Shown: positions 19,045-29,195, counted from the stretch's first letter. The stretch is DNA of 64,000 bases from Desulfobacula sp. (GCA_028280105.1 JANQML010000093.1:1206-65205); one strand, 5' to 3'. Numbers and translations are program-made. The notes: a model not told the origin generated them from the sequence alone.

Positions 19045-20567
19045 ACACTCTTCTCCTTGGTTTTAATTGATAGTATTTTTTTAATTATGCGGCGGGCATC
19101 AGACTGCATCCGACGCCTTAAATCTGTATTTTCAGCACTTCTTATCTTTTCTAAATCTTTTACAAAGCCATCATGATAAACCAGTTTGGGTTTTAAGAAA
19201 TCACCGTATTTCTCAGCAAAACAATCAATGATTTCGTCATAAACAGCTAGTTTGTTGTGTGAAAAGTTTTTATCAACGGTCTTTTTCAAACTTCTGAATA
19301 CCCGGTAGATGATTTGAAGATAATAGGTATATGCCTCCACTTTATCCAATTCGCTTTCAGAAAACGTGTCTGAACGGATAATCGTATACGGCTGTTGGGG
19401 CTGGTGGGTGATGCCGTATTTCTCTTTTGTCTCCCAGAACCTGGATCCGGGTAATAATGAGAACCGATAACACACGAACAGGTCTGCATTCAGATCTGAA
19501 ATCACGAATTCCAGTGTTCTTCTAAATCTCGCATAGGAATCAAACGGCAACCCGAAAATGATCTCAATTAAGATGGGTGTTCCCTTTTTTTCTCTTAACT
19601 GATTGATCCCACGGATGTATTTTTCACGGTCAAAACGTCTGTCCGCCTCTTGTAAAACAGATTTGCTGATGCTTTGAAGTCCAAAAGAGTAATGTTCAAC
19701 ATTCAATCGTTTAATTTGAAATAACAGATCTTTATCACCCAAAGATTCCGGGTTGGACTCAATATTGATTTTGACGGGCTTTAACCGGTCCTGACGCCGT
19801 TTTTGATTCAGCTCGTTGATTTTTGACAGAATCGCTAGGCCCCGCTTTTTGTTCAGCACAATATTTGAATCCGTTAACATAAACATTTCCAGTTTCGGTA
19901 GTGAGAAGATATGCGCCATGTCGTTTAGCACCTTCTCGAGGGGATAGTTACGGATGATGCGCTTTCCTTTTGTGTTCCATGAACAGTATTTGCATTTAAA
20001 GACGCACCCTCTGGATGTTTCATAATAAATAGTGCTGACGTCTTTAAATTCCTTGTAAAGAATTGAATAGTCGTGGGTTTCAAGATTTAACAGTTTGGGA
20101 TCGTGAGGGGTCTCCATTATTTTACCGTTTTTTCTATAAACAAGGTCCGGGATGCCTTTGAAATCGTATATTTCTTTCTCCAACGCCTGAATGACGTCAA
20201 AAAATATGGTTTCGCCCTCCCCTTTTATGATCAAATCGATGTCCTCACACCTGTTAAAAAATCCGAGGGTATCAAATGTCACCGCCGGACCGCCTACAAT
20301 AATATAACAATCCGTTTTCTGCTTTATCCGGCGACATGATTCGAGCACGATATTGATATTCCAGCTGTGAACCGAGAAACAAACAATTGGAAATTCGTCC
20401 CGGTATTCATTTTTCTTCGAAATCCGATCAACACCGTCTTCGGTTACAAACCGGTTGATGAGGATTGGTTGCTCGATCCCCTTTGACATCAGGTAGCTTT
20501 TCAATACAACCGTGGACAGTTGAATTCCCCCTACCCAACTCGGAACGATTGAATTTAAAATGATCAT
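19041..20567 (-). CDS. cobalamin-dependent radical SAM enzyme
   Basis: FSVHSWN, IVGGPAV, GEGE (B12 domain); ETSRGCVFKCKYC. Confidence 0.9.
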   Translation of the reverse strand: MIILNSIVPSWVGGIQLSTVVLKSYLMSKGIEQPILINRFVTEDGVDRISKKNEYRDEFPIVCFSVHSWNINIVLESCRRIKQKTDCYIIVGGPAVTFDTLGFFNRCEDIDLIIKGEGETIFFDVIQALEKEIYDFKGIPDLVYRKNGKIMETPHDPKLLNLETHDYSILYKEFKDVSTIYYETSRGCVFKCKYCSWNTKGKRIIRNYPLEKVLNDMAHIFSLPKLEMFMLTDSNIVLNKKRGLAILSKINELNQKRRQDRLKPVKINIESNPESLGDKDLLFQIKRLNVEHYSFGLQSISKSVLQEADRRFDREKYIRGINQLREKKGTPILIEIIFGLPFDSYARFRRTLEFVISDLNADLFVCYRFSLLPGSRFWETKEKYGITHQPQQPYTIIRSDTFSESELDKVEAYTYYLQIIYRVFRSLKKTVDKNFSHNKLAVYDEIIDCFAEKYGDFLKPKLVYHDGFVKDLEKIRSAENTDLRRRMQSDARRIIKKILSIKTKEKSV

Positions 20568-21489
20568 AGTGAATTTACACCCATAATTATAAATTTTTTA
20601 TAGCTCCGCCCTTTCGGTTACACAGATAGCTGAATACAATCAAAAGACCTGTTTAACCGACATGTTCGACACTGCATCATGGTGCGAATTGACATTGATC
20701 ATGCATCAAAAGCACGCAGTACAGGTATCTGAACAAATAAAAAGTGTACTAATTTATCGTTGATTTTAGTGGTGGAGGCTGATATTATAGATCAGTTACG
20801 GGTTGATATAATGTCAGCCGTCACCTGAACCCCTTCAATCCTCACATTGTTGGGGTTCTTCCTTTTCCTAATCTTCTTTCAGATGCATTCAGAACAAAAA
20901 CAATATAGTTGTTAAAAATTTACGTTTACGACTGAATACATTTATTTGATTTTACTAAAATACTGTACAAAATATATTGTATCGTATTACTTAATCCGGC
21001 ATAAAAGTGTCAAGTTTTATTTAGGTTAAGATTTAAGCGATTAAAGTTCACACCAGGCACGCTCAATTTAATTATTTTATGCCTTAAGATCAGTGCTCGC
21101 GCCAAACCGACAATGGCGGGAACCAACCGTATTTTTTCATTGAAGGAGGCTTCTGAAACTGGAGAGAGTTTCATTTAGAAGGAACGAAAGCCATATAAGA
21201 ACCCAGACATATTTTTTTCAAGGGCCCTGCTTTTTTGATAGATAACTATAATAAATAAAAAAGTTTAAATTACTAAAAAGAAGGATTTTTTTGGAATGAG
21301 ATTTACTTGATTCCTTCTTTATCATCAACCCCAGTTGACGATATCGATCTAATACTCGTTCTGTGTTAATGTGTCAAGTTCTTTTTGCCGCCTTCTTTTA
21401 TTTTTTAAAAAAAAGGTAAAAAAATACCATAAAAAAACCATTTTTTGATTCTCAAATATTCATACCTTGTATCCTACAATATAGCAGAT

Positions 21490-21505
21490 AGCAAAACACG
21501 TGCCA
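21490..21505 (-). promoter_or_regulatory. sigma-54 (-24/-12) promoter pointing into the biosynthetic operon
   Basis: Minus strand reads TGGCACG-TGTT-TTGCT, matching consensus TGGCACG-N4-TTGCW. Confidence 0.7.
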
Positions 21506-21699
21506 AGAACAAGATCCGACCTTAAATAGAGTTTATTTATCCTCTGTTCAGTCAGTTTCATCATTTTTTAAAAATCGTTATGTGATGTTGGGGTTACCAA
21601 AAATTCATCCCGGGTTACAATTCTTGCCGGTCATGTTCCGTTCATAGCAAAACCGAAGACCGCTCACGTTCAGGCCGAAAATTTCATAAAACTTTCGAT

Positions 21700-23034
21700 T
21701 TAAACAGACAAATGGCGGCTCAGATGTCTCTTTAATCTCGTATCTATCCGGACGCCATTCAATATGTACCGTTTCTTTCCACCAAATTTTTTAATCAGAT
21801 AAGGCCAAAGTCTTTTCTTCACGTATTCTTCTTTATAGTAGACCGGGTATAGAAGTGAATCATCAGGACTCAATACCCCTTCCTTTAATGCAATTTGATG
21901 AAGTTGCGTATTCGGATAGATCCGTATCCCGGCTGAAATGCCGACAAAATCCGGATTCATCTGTTCGATATTGTGAAATGTTTCATCAATGGTTTCAATC
22001 GTTTCCCCCGGCCCCCCAAACAGGAGGTTGTGATGGTAAGCTAAACCGGCTCTGTCACAGTACTCCGAAGCCTTGAACACATCGTCGACACCAAAATCTT
22101 TGCGCAGGTTTGTTGTCATTGCTTCTGCGACGGTATCAATGCTCCAAATGATCAATCCACACCCAGCCTGTTTCATCCTGAGCAACAGATCAAATGAAAC
22201 GTTTCCAGGCATCATGGTGCAGGACCACTCTACCCGGACACCTCTTTTTATAATGGCTTCGACTACCCGACGGGAATGTTCCGGTAACAGATTAAATTCA
22301 GAATCAACAAAAAAAATTTTTTGGTCAATTCCCATGGCAGCCAGTATTTCAAGCTCATCCACCACTTTTTCCGGATCTCTGGGCCGTAGTTTCCGACCGG
22401 TAATTTGAGGCTCCGGACAATACACACAACGGTAATTGCAACCTCGAATGCTTTGAATATTACACCCGTTTCCCAAGCCGTAATACCCCTGGTTATCGAC
22501 CATGGAACGGCTGTAGGTGTCAGTTCCCCCAAATGGCAGAATTTCCCTGAACGTAAAACGGATCTCTTCCCGGCCCCCTGTTTGTTCGCGATAGTAGAGG
22601 TTCGGTACAACCTGGGGGGAGGACAAATTATCCAGCAACAAAGGAAGCGTCCGTTCGCCGTCCCCGGTTATGCCAAAGTCGGCTCTTGTTTTTTCCATAA
22701 CCTCTCTCGGCATAAAGGAGAATCCGATTCCCCCCAGAACAATGGGTGCATCAGTAATCCTCCGGATGGTGTTGATCCATCTGATGAGCGGCGTCACAAA
22801 CTCCTGCTGTCGAAAGATATCTACATCATCCAGGTTGCGGACGGTCATCCCAATGACATCCGGCCGGTTTTGTTCAATTACCGGTTTTAATCCTCTGGGG
22901 TGTTCCATCCCAAAATCGAATAATTTGATTTGATGCCCCTGTGATTTAACGGCATCAAATAGATAATCCAGTCCGATCGGCGGCAGGCTGGGCCTTTTTC
23001 GGTTCGGATTGACCAATAAAAGATTCAGCGGCAT
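21700..23034 (-). CDS. cobalamin-dependent radical SAM enzyme (TsrM / lipid-biosynthesis rSAM-like)
   Basis: LLVNPNR..P..PPIGLDYL, VRNLDD, LGGIGFS, RGCNYRCVYCPEP, FVDSEFN, LFGGPGET. Confidence 0.88.
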   Translation of the reverse strand: MPLNLLLVNPNRKRPSLPPIGLDYLFDAVKSQGHQIKLFDFGMEHPRGLKPVIEQNRPDVIGMTVRNLDDVDIFRQQEFVTPLIRWINTIRRITDAPIVLGGIGFSFMPREVMEKTRADFGITGDGERTLPLLLDNLSSPQVVPNLYYREQTGGREEIRFTFREILPFGGTDTYSRSMVDNQGYYGLGNGCNIQSIRGCNYRCVYCPEPQITGRKLRPRDPEKVVDELEILAAMGIDQKIFFVDSEFNLLPEHSRRVVEAIIKRGVRVEWSCTMMPGNVSFDLLLRMKQAGCGLIIWSIDTVAEAMTTNLRKDFGVDDVFKASEYCDRAGLAYHHNLLFGGPGETIETIDETFHNIEQMNPDFVGISAGIRIYPNTQLHQIALKEGVLSPDDSLLYPVYYKEEYVKKRLWPYLIKKFGGKKRYILNGVRIDTRLKRHLSRHLSV

Positions 23035-23377
23035 AATGATTTCCTTTAATTTAAAACAGTTAAAATTAAGTTGTTACTTCTTACATACCAATTTGGAAGT
23101 TGGCTGGAATTCAACGGAAACAGAACTCAACTATTGCAAATAATATTTTAAAAAAAACGGAACAGGGCAATTATACCCGAGTCCATTTCCAATGTTTTAG
23201 CGCGCCCTTCCAAAGGGAATTAAGGGATTCTTGTCTGCAGGAACCTTCTTAAAAACGTTATACCAGCTTTTTCTGCATTTCCATTGTATGGAAAGAAAGT
23301 TCAATGGAGTTAGAAAAACAGAAAAAAAGAGGGGCCTTTAAAAACGTTAAGGCTTTTTTCTCATTTATTTTCTTATA

Positions 23378-23434
23378 TGCCACGCCTGGAGAGAGTCGAA
23401 GCCCAGCGTTCTATCCGTCTGAGCTGCGGGGCGT
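23378..23434 (-). pseudogene. internally deleted tRNA-Arg(UCG) relic
   Basis: Minus strand ACGCCCC GC A GCTC AGACGGATA GAAC G CTGGG CTTCGA CTCTCTC CAGGCGT G: D-arm and 5' anticodon strand fused to T-loop, 3' T-stem and acceptor strand; about 20 nt missing. Confidence 0.65.
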
Positions 23435-23721
23435 GAGATACTCGAAATACGGTTTCCCTACCATAAAAAAAACAGATGTGCAATAACAACACCAATGTTG
23501 CATAAATTTTAAATAAATATGAAACAATTTTAATTCATAAAAAATGAGGAATTCAACTTTTTTTCGGAACAAACGGTAAGGAAGTCACCTATATTCTATA
23601 AAGGATATGCCATTTTAGAAAAGATATAGATGATCCGGATGATTTTAAAATTGAGAAAGGGTGATCAGGCAAATTCAGCCGGTGTAAAGAGTCGTTCGGC
23701 TGACTCACAGGGACTAAAAAG

Positions 23722-24150
23722 ATGAGACTATGGACAATTCATCCGGTTTATCTGGATTCAAAGGGTCTGGTGGCACTTTGGAGAGAAGGATTGCTGGCTC
23801 AAAACGTTCTGGCCGGCCATACGGTCGGCTATAAAAACCATCCCCAACTCCACCGGTTTAAAGATACAACCAATCCGACAGGTGCAATTGCCAGCTATTT
23901 GAGATATGTTTTTCAAGAGGCTGTTCAGCGGAGATATCGCTTTGATAAAAGCAAAATCATGAACAAACGGCTAAAGGGTAAGATTAAAGTCACTCAAGGC
24001 CAGGTAGAATATGAACGATCCCATTTGGCCAAAAAACTGAAAAAACGGGACCCGGTAAAGTTCAAGCAGCTTTGTGACATCAAAACTATTGATATTCACC
24101 CGATATTTATCCGGGTTCAAGGAGGGATTGAAGAATGGGAAATTGTCTGA
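23722..24150 (+). CDS. pyrimidine dimer DNA glycosylase / T4 endonuclease V family
   Basis: MRLWTIHPVYLDSKGLVALWREGLLAQ...GYKNHPQL family signature. Confidence 0.85.
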   Translation: MRLWTIHPVYLDSKGLVALWREGLLAQNVLAGHTVGYKNHPQLHRFKDTTNPTGAIASYLRYVFQEAVQRRYRFDKSKIMNKRLKGKIKVTQGQVEYERSHLAKKLKKRDPVKFKQLCDIKTIDIHPIFIRVQGGIEEWEIV

Positions 24151-24306
24151 GCGGATCCGTTCAATTTTCCCGGAAAAATATCCGGATCGATATCTGATCG
24201 CTGCAAACGTCATTAATCCGGCAACCATCTGAGCCGACTCGAACTTGACTATCATTCCCGGATTATTAACCTATCTGGTATGATACTTTTAAAAAAGGAG
24301 TTTGCC

Positions 24307-24669
24307 ATGGAAAAGGTCGCCGTTGTCGGTGCCAGCCCCAAACAGGAGCGGTATTCAAACAAAGCCATCCGAATGCTCAAAGAATTTCACCATACCCCGG
24401 TCCCTGTTGCCCCCGGACATGAGGTCATTGAAAAAGAGCCCGTATTTGAATCGCTTGACCGGATCAGTGAAAAAATCGACACCGTAACCGTCTATCTGAG
24501 CCCGGCCCGACAGGAAAATATGATGGAACAGATCATTGATATGGCCCCCAAACGGGTCATCTTTAATCCGGGAACCGAAAATCCAACGGCAAAAAGAGCA
24601 CTTGAATCCGCCGGCATCACGGTGGTGGAAGCCTGCACACTTGTCATGCTGAAAACCAATCAGTTTTAG
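24307..24669 (+). CDS. CoA-binding protein (YccU-like)
   Basis: VAVVGASPKQERYS, IDTVTVYL, VIFNPGTEN, EACTLVM. Confidence 0.9.
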   Translation: MEKVAVVGASPKQERYSNKAIRMLKEFHHTPVPVAPGHEVIEKEPVFESLDRISEKIDTVTVYLSPARQENMMEQIIDMAPKRVIFNPGTENPTAKRALESAGITVVEACTLVMLKTNQF

Positions 24670-24729
24670 ATATCTTTTAATGGGTTCAGGAAAAGGCAAC
24701 GGCAGGAAAACCCATACCGTTCGTATGAA

Positions 24730-25317
24730 TCAGGGTATCCATGAGACAATTCCCGGCTCAGGTTGGTTTTCATTCCATTTTAAAAATGAATCGACATCAC
24801 GGATTCCGTCTTGAATCACGGCTTTATAGATGGATATTCCCATGACTTTTTGTTCAGCCGGAATTGAATTCTTAATTTTGAGAATGGCCTCACGCGTCTC
24901 CCGGGTCAGCACCTCTGAAATTCGGTCGGCTACATTTTCAAAATACCCGGCAAAAGGGGATTCATTTAAAATATGAATCATATCGATCTGCCAGGTATAT
25001 CCGTCCTGATCTTTGTAAAAGGCATGCCATTCAATGCATTTATCCGCTGCCTCAAGCTGATTTGTATATTGAATCGATTGAATGCGGCTGTTTTCGGCAA
25101 GCCGGGCCATGACGGAAAAGCTGTCCGCCAGATTGAACGGATCGGTGTAGATATGAAAATCAATATCCCGGTTATTTATCAGCAAGCCAGTTTTTAGCGA
25201 GCCAATCAGATTAACGGTTGCCCCGATTGACGTCCAGAGTTCCCGGACATCTGTTTCCGCAATAACGGTGCGAGCTCTTTCTTGCATCCGGTCTGCAGTA
25301 TCTAAGACAGATTCCAT
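24730..25317 (-). CDS. hypothetical protein, possible nucleotidyltransferase fold
   Basis: IGS..TGLL....DIDFH and WQIDMIH resemble the Pol-beta NTase GS/DxD/D motif. Confidence 0.5.
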   Translation of the reverse strand: MESVLDTADRMQERARTVIAETDVRELWTSIGATVNLIGSLKTGLLINNRDIDFHIYTDPFNLADSFSVMARLAENSRIQSIQYTNQLEAADKCIEWHAFYKDQDGYTWQIDMIHILNESPFAGYFENVADRISEVLTRETREAILKIKNSIPAEQKVMGISIYKAVIQDGIRDVDSFLKWNENQPEPGIVSWIP

Positions 25318-25349
25318 TTTTCCCCCCTTTCATTCACACCGGCAATCTG

Positions 25350-25385
25350 CCGGACAGATAAAGATCCCCGGACAGATAAAGATCC
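25350..25385. repeat. perfect 18-bp tandem duplication
   Basis: CCGGACAGATAAAGATCC x2. Confidence 0.85.
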
Positions 25386-25561
25386 GTGGATGGTTCTCAA
25401 CAATTTGAGGTTGAGTCGAAAGCCGCAGTTTCTAACAAATTTCCAATCCGGTGTAAAGACATTATAAAAATTTTTATATCAGATCAGTAAATCTTGCTTC
25501 GGATCGGACAAGCATGATAAATAAAAAAGTTTAATCAACCCAATAGATGCAAGGATAAATA

Positions 25562-27241
25562 GTGATGGATACCGGGACTTCAAAAGGGCATTTTATAGAG
25601 ACGATTATCAAGCAGGATGTTGAAAACAACAAAAACAACGGCGCCGTGGTAACCCGTTTCCCGCCGGAGCCCAATGGTTTTCTTCATATCGGCCATGCCA
25701 AATCCATCTGTCTGAATTTTAACATGGCTAAAAAATTTAACGGCAAATGCAACCTTCGGTTTGATGATTCCAACCCTGCCAAAGAAAAACAGATTTATAT
25801 CGATTCCATTAAAGAGACCGTCACATGGTTGGGGTTCAAATATGGAGAGCCGTTTTTTGCGTCTGATTATTTTGACCGGCTCCATGAGTTTGCCGTTGAG
25901 CTGATACAAAAGGGAAAGGCCTATGTCTGCAGCCTGAAAGCGGATGAAATAAGAGAATACAGGGGAACCCTGACCGAGCCGGGTAAAAACTCTCCGTTCA
26001 GGGACCGGTCTGTTGAAGAGAACCTGGATCTGTTCAGCCGTATGAAAAACGGTGAATTCGGTGAAGGCGAACATACCCTTCGGGCTAAAATTGATATGCA
26101 GTCTCCCAATATCAACCTCCGGGACCCGATCATCTACCGGGTGAAGAATGCAATCCACCCGAGAACCGGTGATCAATGGTGCATTTACCCCATGTATGAT
26201 TTTACCCACTGCCTGTCGGATGCACTGGAGGGAATCACCCATTCGCTTTGCAGCCTGGAATTTGAAGATCACCGGCCCCTGTACGACTGGATTCTGGATA
26301 CGCTTGAAACCCCCTGCCATCCCCAGCAGATCGAATTTGCCCGGATGAATATCAACTATACGGTATTGAGCAAGCGAAAGCTGCAGCGGCTGATTACGGA
26401 CAATCATGTCCAGGGGTGGGATGATCCCCGTCTGCCCACCCTTGAAGGAATGAAACGGCGGGGGTATACCCCTGAATCCATACGCAGCTTTTGCAACACC
26501 ATCGGGGTATCGAAAAAAGAGAGCCGGATTGATGTGGGCCTCCTTGAAAGCTGTTTGAGAGACAACCTCAATGAGCGTGCCCCGCGGGTGATGGGAGTTT
26601 TAAAGCCCTTAAAAATCACCCTTGAAAACTACCCGGATGATCTGACAGAGGAATTGACTGCGAAAAATCATCCCCAGAAAGAAGAAATGGGCGCCCGGAC
26701 TATCACCTTTTCCAAACATATCTATGTGGAGCAGGATGATTTTATGGAAGATCCGCCCAAGAAATTTTTCCGGTTGGGTCCCGGCCGGGAAGTCCGTCTG
26801 CGGTACGCCTACCTGGTGACCTGCAAAGATGTTGTCAAAGACAAATCCGGGAAAGTGACAGAACTGATCTGTACCTATGACCCGGAAACAAAAGGCGGAA
26901 ACGCGCCCGACGGCAGAAAGGTCAAAGGGACCATCCACTGGGTGAATGCCGATGACTGTATTGATGCGGAAATCCGAAACTATGACCGGTTGTTTAAAGA
27001 TGAGAATCCGGAAAAAGACGGCCGGGATTTTATCGACAACCTGAACCCGGAATCCCTGGTAACCCTGACAGATTGCAAACTGGAAAAAAGCCTTGAAAAT
27101 GCCGTGCCTGAACAGGTGGTTCAGTTTGAACGTCTGGGATATTTTTGCCTGGATTCCAAAGACGGCACATCGAATCATCCGGTTTTCAACCGGACGGTCA
27201 CACTGCGCGATGCCTGGGCAAAACTGGCCAGGAAAAAATAG
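25562..27241 (+). CDS. glnS: glutamine--tRNA ligase
   Basis: [41 protein letters not shown]. Confidence 0.97.
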   Translation: MMDTGTSKGHFIETIIKQDVENNKNNGAVVTRFPPEPNGFLHIGHAKSICLNFNMAKKFNGKCNLRFDDSNPAKEKQIYIDSIKETVTWLGFKYGEPFFASDYFDRLHEFAVELIQKGKAYVCSLKADEIREYRGTLTEPGKNSPFRDRSVEENLDLFSRMKNGEFGEGEHTLRAKIDMQSPNINLRDPIIYRVKNAIHPRTGDQWCIYPMYDFTHCLSDALEGITHSLCSLEFEDHRPLYDWILDTLETPCHPQQIEFARMNINYTVLSKRKLQRLITDNHVQGWDDPRLPTLEGMKRRGYTPESIRSFCNTIGVSKKESRIDVGLLESCLRDNLNERAPRVMGVLKPLKITLENYPDDLTEELTAKNHPQKEEMGARTITFSKHIYVEQDDFMEDPPKKFFRLGPGREVRLRYAYLVTCKDVVKDKSGKVTELICTYDPETKGGNAPDGRKVKGTIHWVNADDCIDAEIRNYDRLFKDENPEKDGRDFIDNLNPESLVTLTDCKLEKSLENAVPEQVVQFERLGYFCLDSKDGTSNHPVFNRTVTLRDAWAKLARKK

Positions 27242-27304
27242 TCCCAAAGCGGTCCGGTACCGGATAACCGTTGCCGGGCCGAACCCTTTGAATTCCCCTC
27301 GGCT

Positions 27305-27820
27305 TTATTGTTCAACAGCGGCGTAGGCAAGCAGGGAACACTGGGCTGCAATCCCTTCGAGGTTTCCGATGAATCCGAGCCCTTCCGTTGTTGTTGCCTT
27401 AATATTTACCCGGTCCGGATCAATACCTAACCTGCTGGCAATGGTTTTCTGCATCTGCATTTTATACGGACTGATCTTGGGTGCCTGGGCAAAGACGATA
27501 CAGTCGATATTTCCTATCCGGTAATGGTGCTGCTCCATCAGCAACCGGCAATGATCCAGCAGGACCATGGATGAAATCCCTTTATACCGGGGGTCTGTAT
27601 CTGGAAAATGTTCTCCGATATCCCCCAGCCCAACGGCCCCTAAAAGGGCATCGCATATGGCATGGATCAGAACATCGGCATCGGAATGCCCCTCAAGCCC
27701 CATTTCAAAATCGATATCAACTCCGCCTAAAATCAGTTTTCTTCCTTTGACCAGGCGGTGAACATCATACCCTGATCCTATTTTTATACCGGGTTCTGTT
27801 TTCATACCGGTGTATTCCAT
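27305..27820 (-). CDS. ispF: 2-C-methyl-D-erythritol 2,4-cyclodiphosphate synthase
   Basis: GYDVHRL, GHSDADV, GDIGEHFPD, KATTTEGLG. Confidence 0.96.
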   Translation of the reverse strand: MEYTGMKTEPGIKIGSGYDVHRLVKGRKLILGGVDIDFEMGLEGHSDADVLIHAICDALLGAVGLGDIGEHFPDTDPRYKGISSMVLLDHCRLLMEQHHYRIGNIDCIVFAQAPKISPYKMQMQKTIASRLGIDPDRVNIKATTTEGLGFIGNLEGIAAQCSLLAYAAVEQ

Positions 27821-27997
27821 GGTTCCAAATTCACAATTTCTCCGAAAACACCATTGTTGAAATAACGTGTGGTATATCCCCCGATATTATCCGATCAATT
27901 ATAATATAAAATTTATAAAATCAGTGGATTTCATCTTTGTTACATTTTTTTATGCAACGCTGGGGTATAATTTATTTAGGCCTTACATCCCAATCGG

Positions 27998-28405
27998 TCA
28001 TTTGGATTTGGCAAAACTGACAAATTTTTTATCTTCCTCTTGTATGTGATTGAGCAGCCAGTTCTTCACAATTTTTATGATTTCCGAGTTAAGCAGTTTT
28101 GTTCCGTTTTCATAATCTTCTTTGATTCGCTGCAATTTATTTTTAAACAAGGCGTGAATCTGTATATGTTTGGATCGGTTTGGATAACCGATCTCCTTCA
28201 TATACGCCTCTTCATACTCAAAATGGGTATCGGCATAGTCGATCATTTTGTTCAATGCGTCCATGCCGATAGTGGAAAGTCCGGTTGAATCATCAGAGAG
28301 CATACGGTCATGGGCTGTATTGAAAATATCAACCCATTGGCGGTGCTGGCGGTCGATTTCCGGATCCCCCACGCTAAGTGCATCAGACCAAATTATTTTA
28401 GGCAT
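27998..28405 (-). CDS. bacteriohemerythrin
   Basis: IDRQH, HFEYEE, HIQIH, WLLNHIQEED iron ligands. Confidence 0.92.
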   Translation of the reverse strand: MPKIIWSDALSVGDPEIDRQHRQWVDIFNTAHDRMLSDDSTGLSTIGMDALNKMIDYADTHFEYEEAYMKEIGYPNRSKHIQIHALFKNKLQRIKEDYENGTKLLNSEIIKIVKNWLLNHIQEEDKKFVSFAKSK

Positions 28406-28592
28406 GTATCCCCCTTTGGCGAAAAAAAGCCCAATGGTTTCCGGGATTTACTCCCGGTCCGTTTCGTTCGGGCGTGCCATAGTCAATCATTTTCCATATG
28501 TCAAATTATAGGTACCCGATCACCTGAAGTCAATTCATACGCCCCTGCCGCTCCATCACTCCGGGTTTTATCGGCCATTGTTTGAGATTTTG

Positions 28593-29195
28593 TTAAAGCA
28601 CCAGTGCTTTTTTAAATACCTCTTTAACCGACTGATTTACAAACTCTTCTAACTTTGCTTCGGAAAAACCGAGTTCTTTTCGTTCAAGGGTTAACTTAAC
28701 CGGTATGGTTTTCAATGTTTTTTTATCTGCCTGACCAAGATAGAAGGTCAAATCAATATCCAGGGTCAAATCCGTTGTCATTCCTCTTTTTATGGCCTGG
28801 CACTCAAAGCGGTTGATCCGGGCTGTCAGGATCAGATCAAAATCATATAAAGCGGTTTTCATGCCGTCAATTGTGGGTTCCCACGCAGAAATCGGCTCTG
28901 TTTGCATCCCCTTCTTTTTAAAATACTGCCGTGTTTCACGGGTAAGGGTTTCCGACAGAGCGGGTTCTTTTACAAGGTAGGTTTCCTGGCTGCCGTCCAT
29001 CAACACCCGGTACCCCACATATCCGCCACGCCGCCCCGTGCGGTTGTCCACAAAAGGGGCAACCCCTATTTTCCCGGAATGTTCGATCATCTCATCACCG
29101 GTAAAACGGATATCAATAAATTTTTCACCCGGTGTGGCACACCCTGAAATCGATAACCATATGGTTGTTAAAATGATCCCTATACTTTTTTTCAT
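28593..29195 (-). CDS. lipoprotein of unknown function (YajG-like)
   Basis: Signal peptide with lipobox ISGC; FVDNR motif. Confidence 0.6.
   Translation of the reverse strand: MKKSIGIILTTIWLSISGCATPGEKFIDIRFTGDEMIEHSGKIGVAPFVDNRTGRRGGYVGYRVLMDGSQETYLVKEPALSETLTRETRQYFKKKGMQTEPISAWEPTIDGMKTALYDFDLILTARINRFECQAIKRGMTTDLTLDIDLTFYLGQADKKTLKTIPVKLTLERKELGFSEAKLEEFVNQSVKEVFKKALVL

Noticed and set aside
20600-20620. Minus-strand CCGAAAGG-GCGGAGC, resembling an ops element or c-di-GMP riboswitch fragment
   Set aside because: Lacks the T of GGCGGTAG and the riboswitch P1/P2 consensus.
20770-20779. TGGTGGAGGC identical to the start of the tmRNA att core at 58177
   Set aside because: Only 10 bp, no T-arm; plausible by chance in 64 kb.
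20568-21699. RiPP precursor peptide for the radical SAM enzymes
   Set aside because: In the parts translated by hand only ORFs of 25 aa or less without RBS were found; the ACP-rich context points to thioester substrates.
23668-23716. GGCAAA + TCAGCCG/CGGCTGA hairpin as a c-di-GMP-I riboswitch
   Set aside because: No GNRA-capped stem or GACGCAAAGC junction; simple hairpin only.
25350-25385. 18-bp tandem repeat as CRISPR or iteron
   Set aside because: Two copies, no spacer; a local duplication.
25580-27247. Long antisense ORFs opposite glnS (and similar ones opposite the RND genes)
   Set aside because: Shadow frames of well-supported genes.
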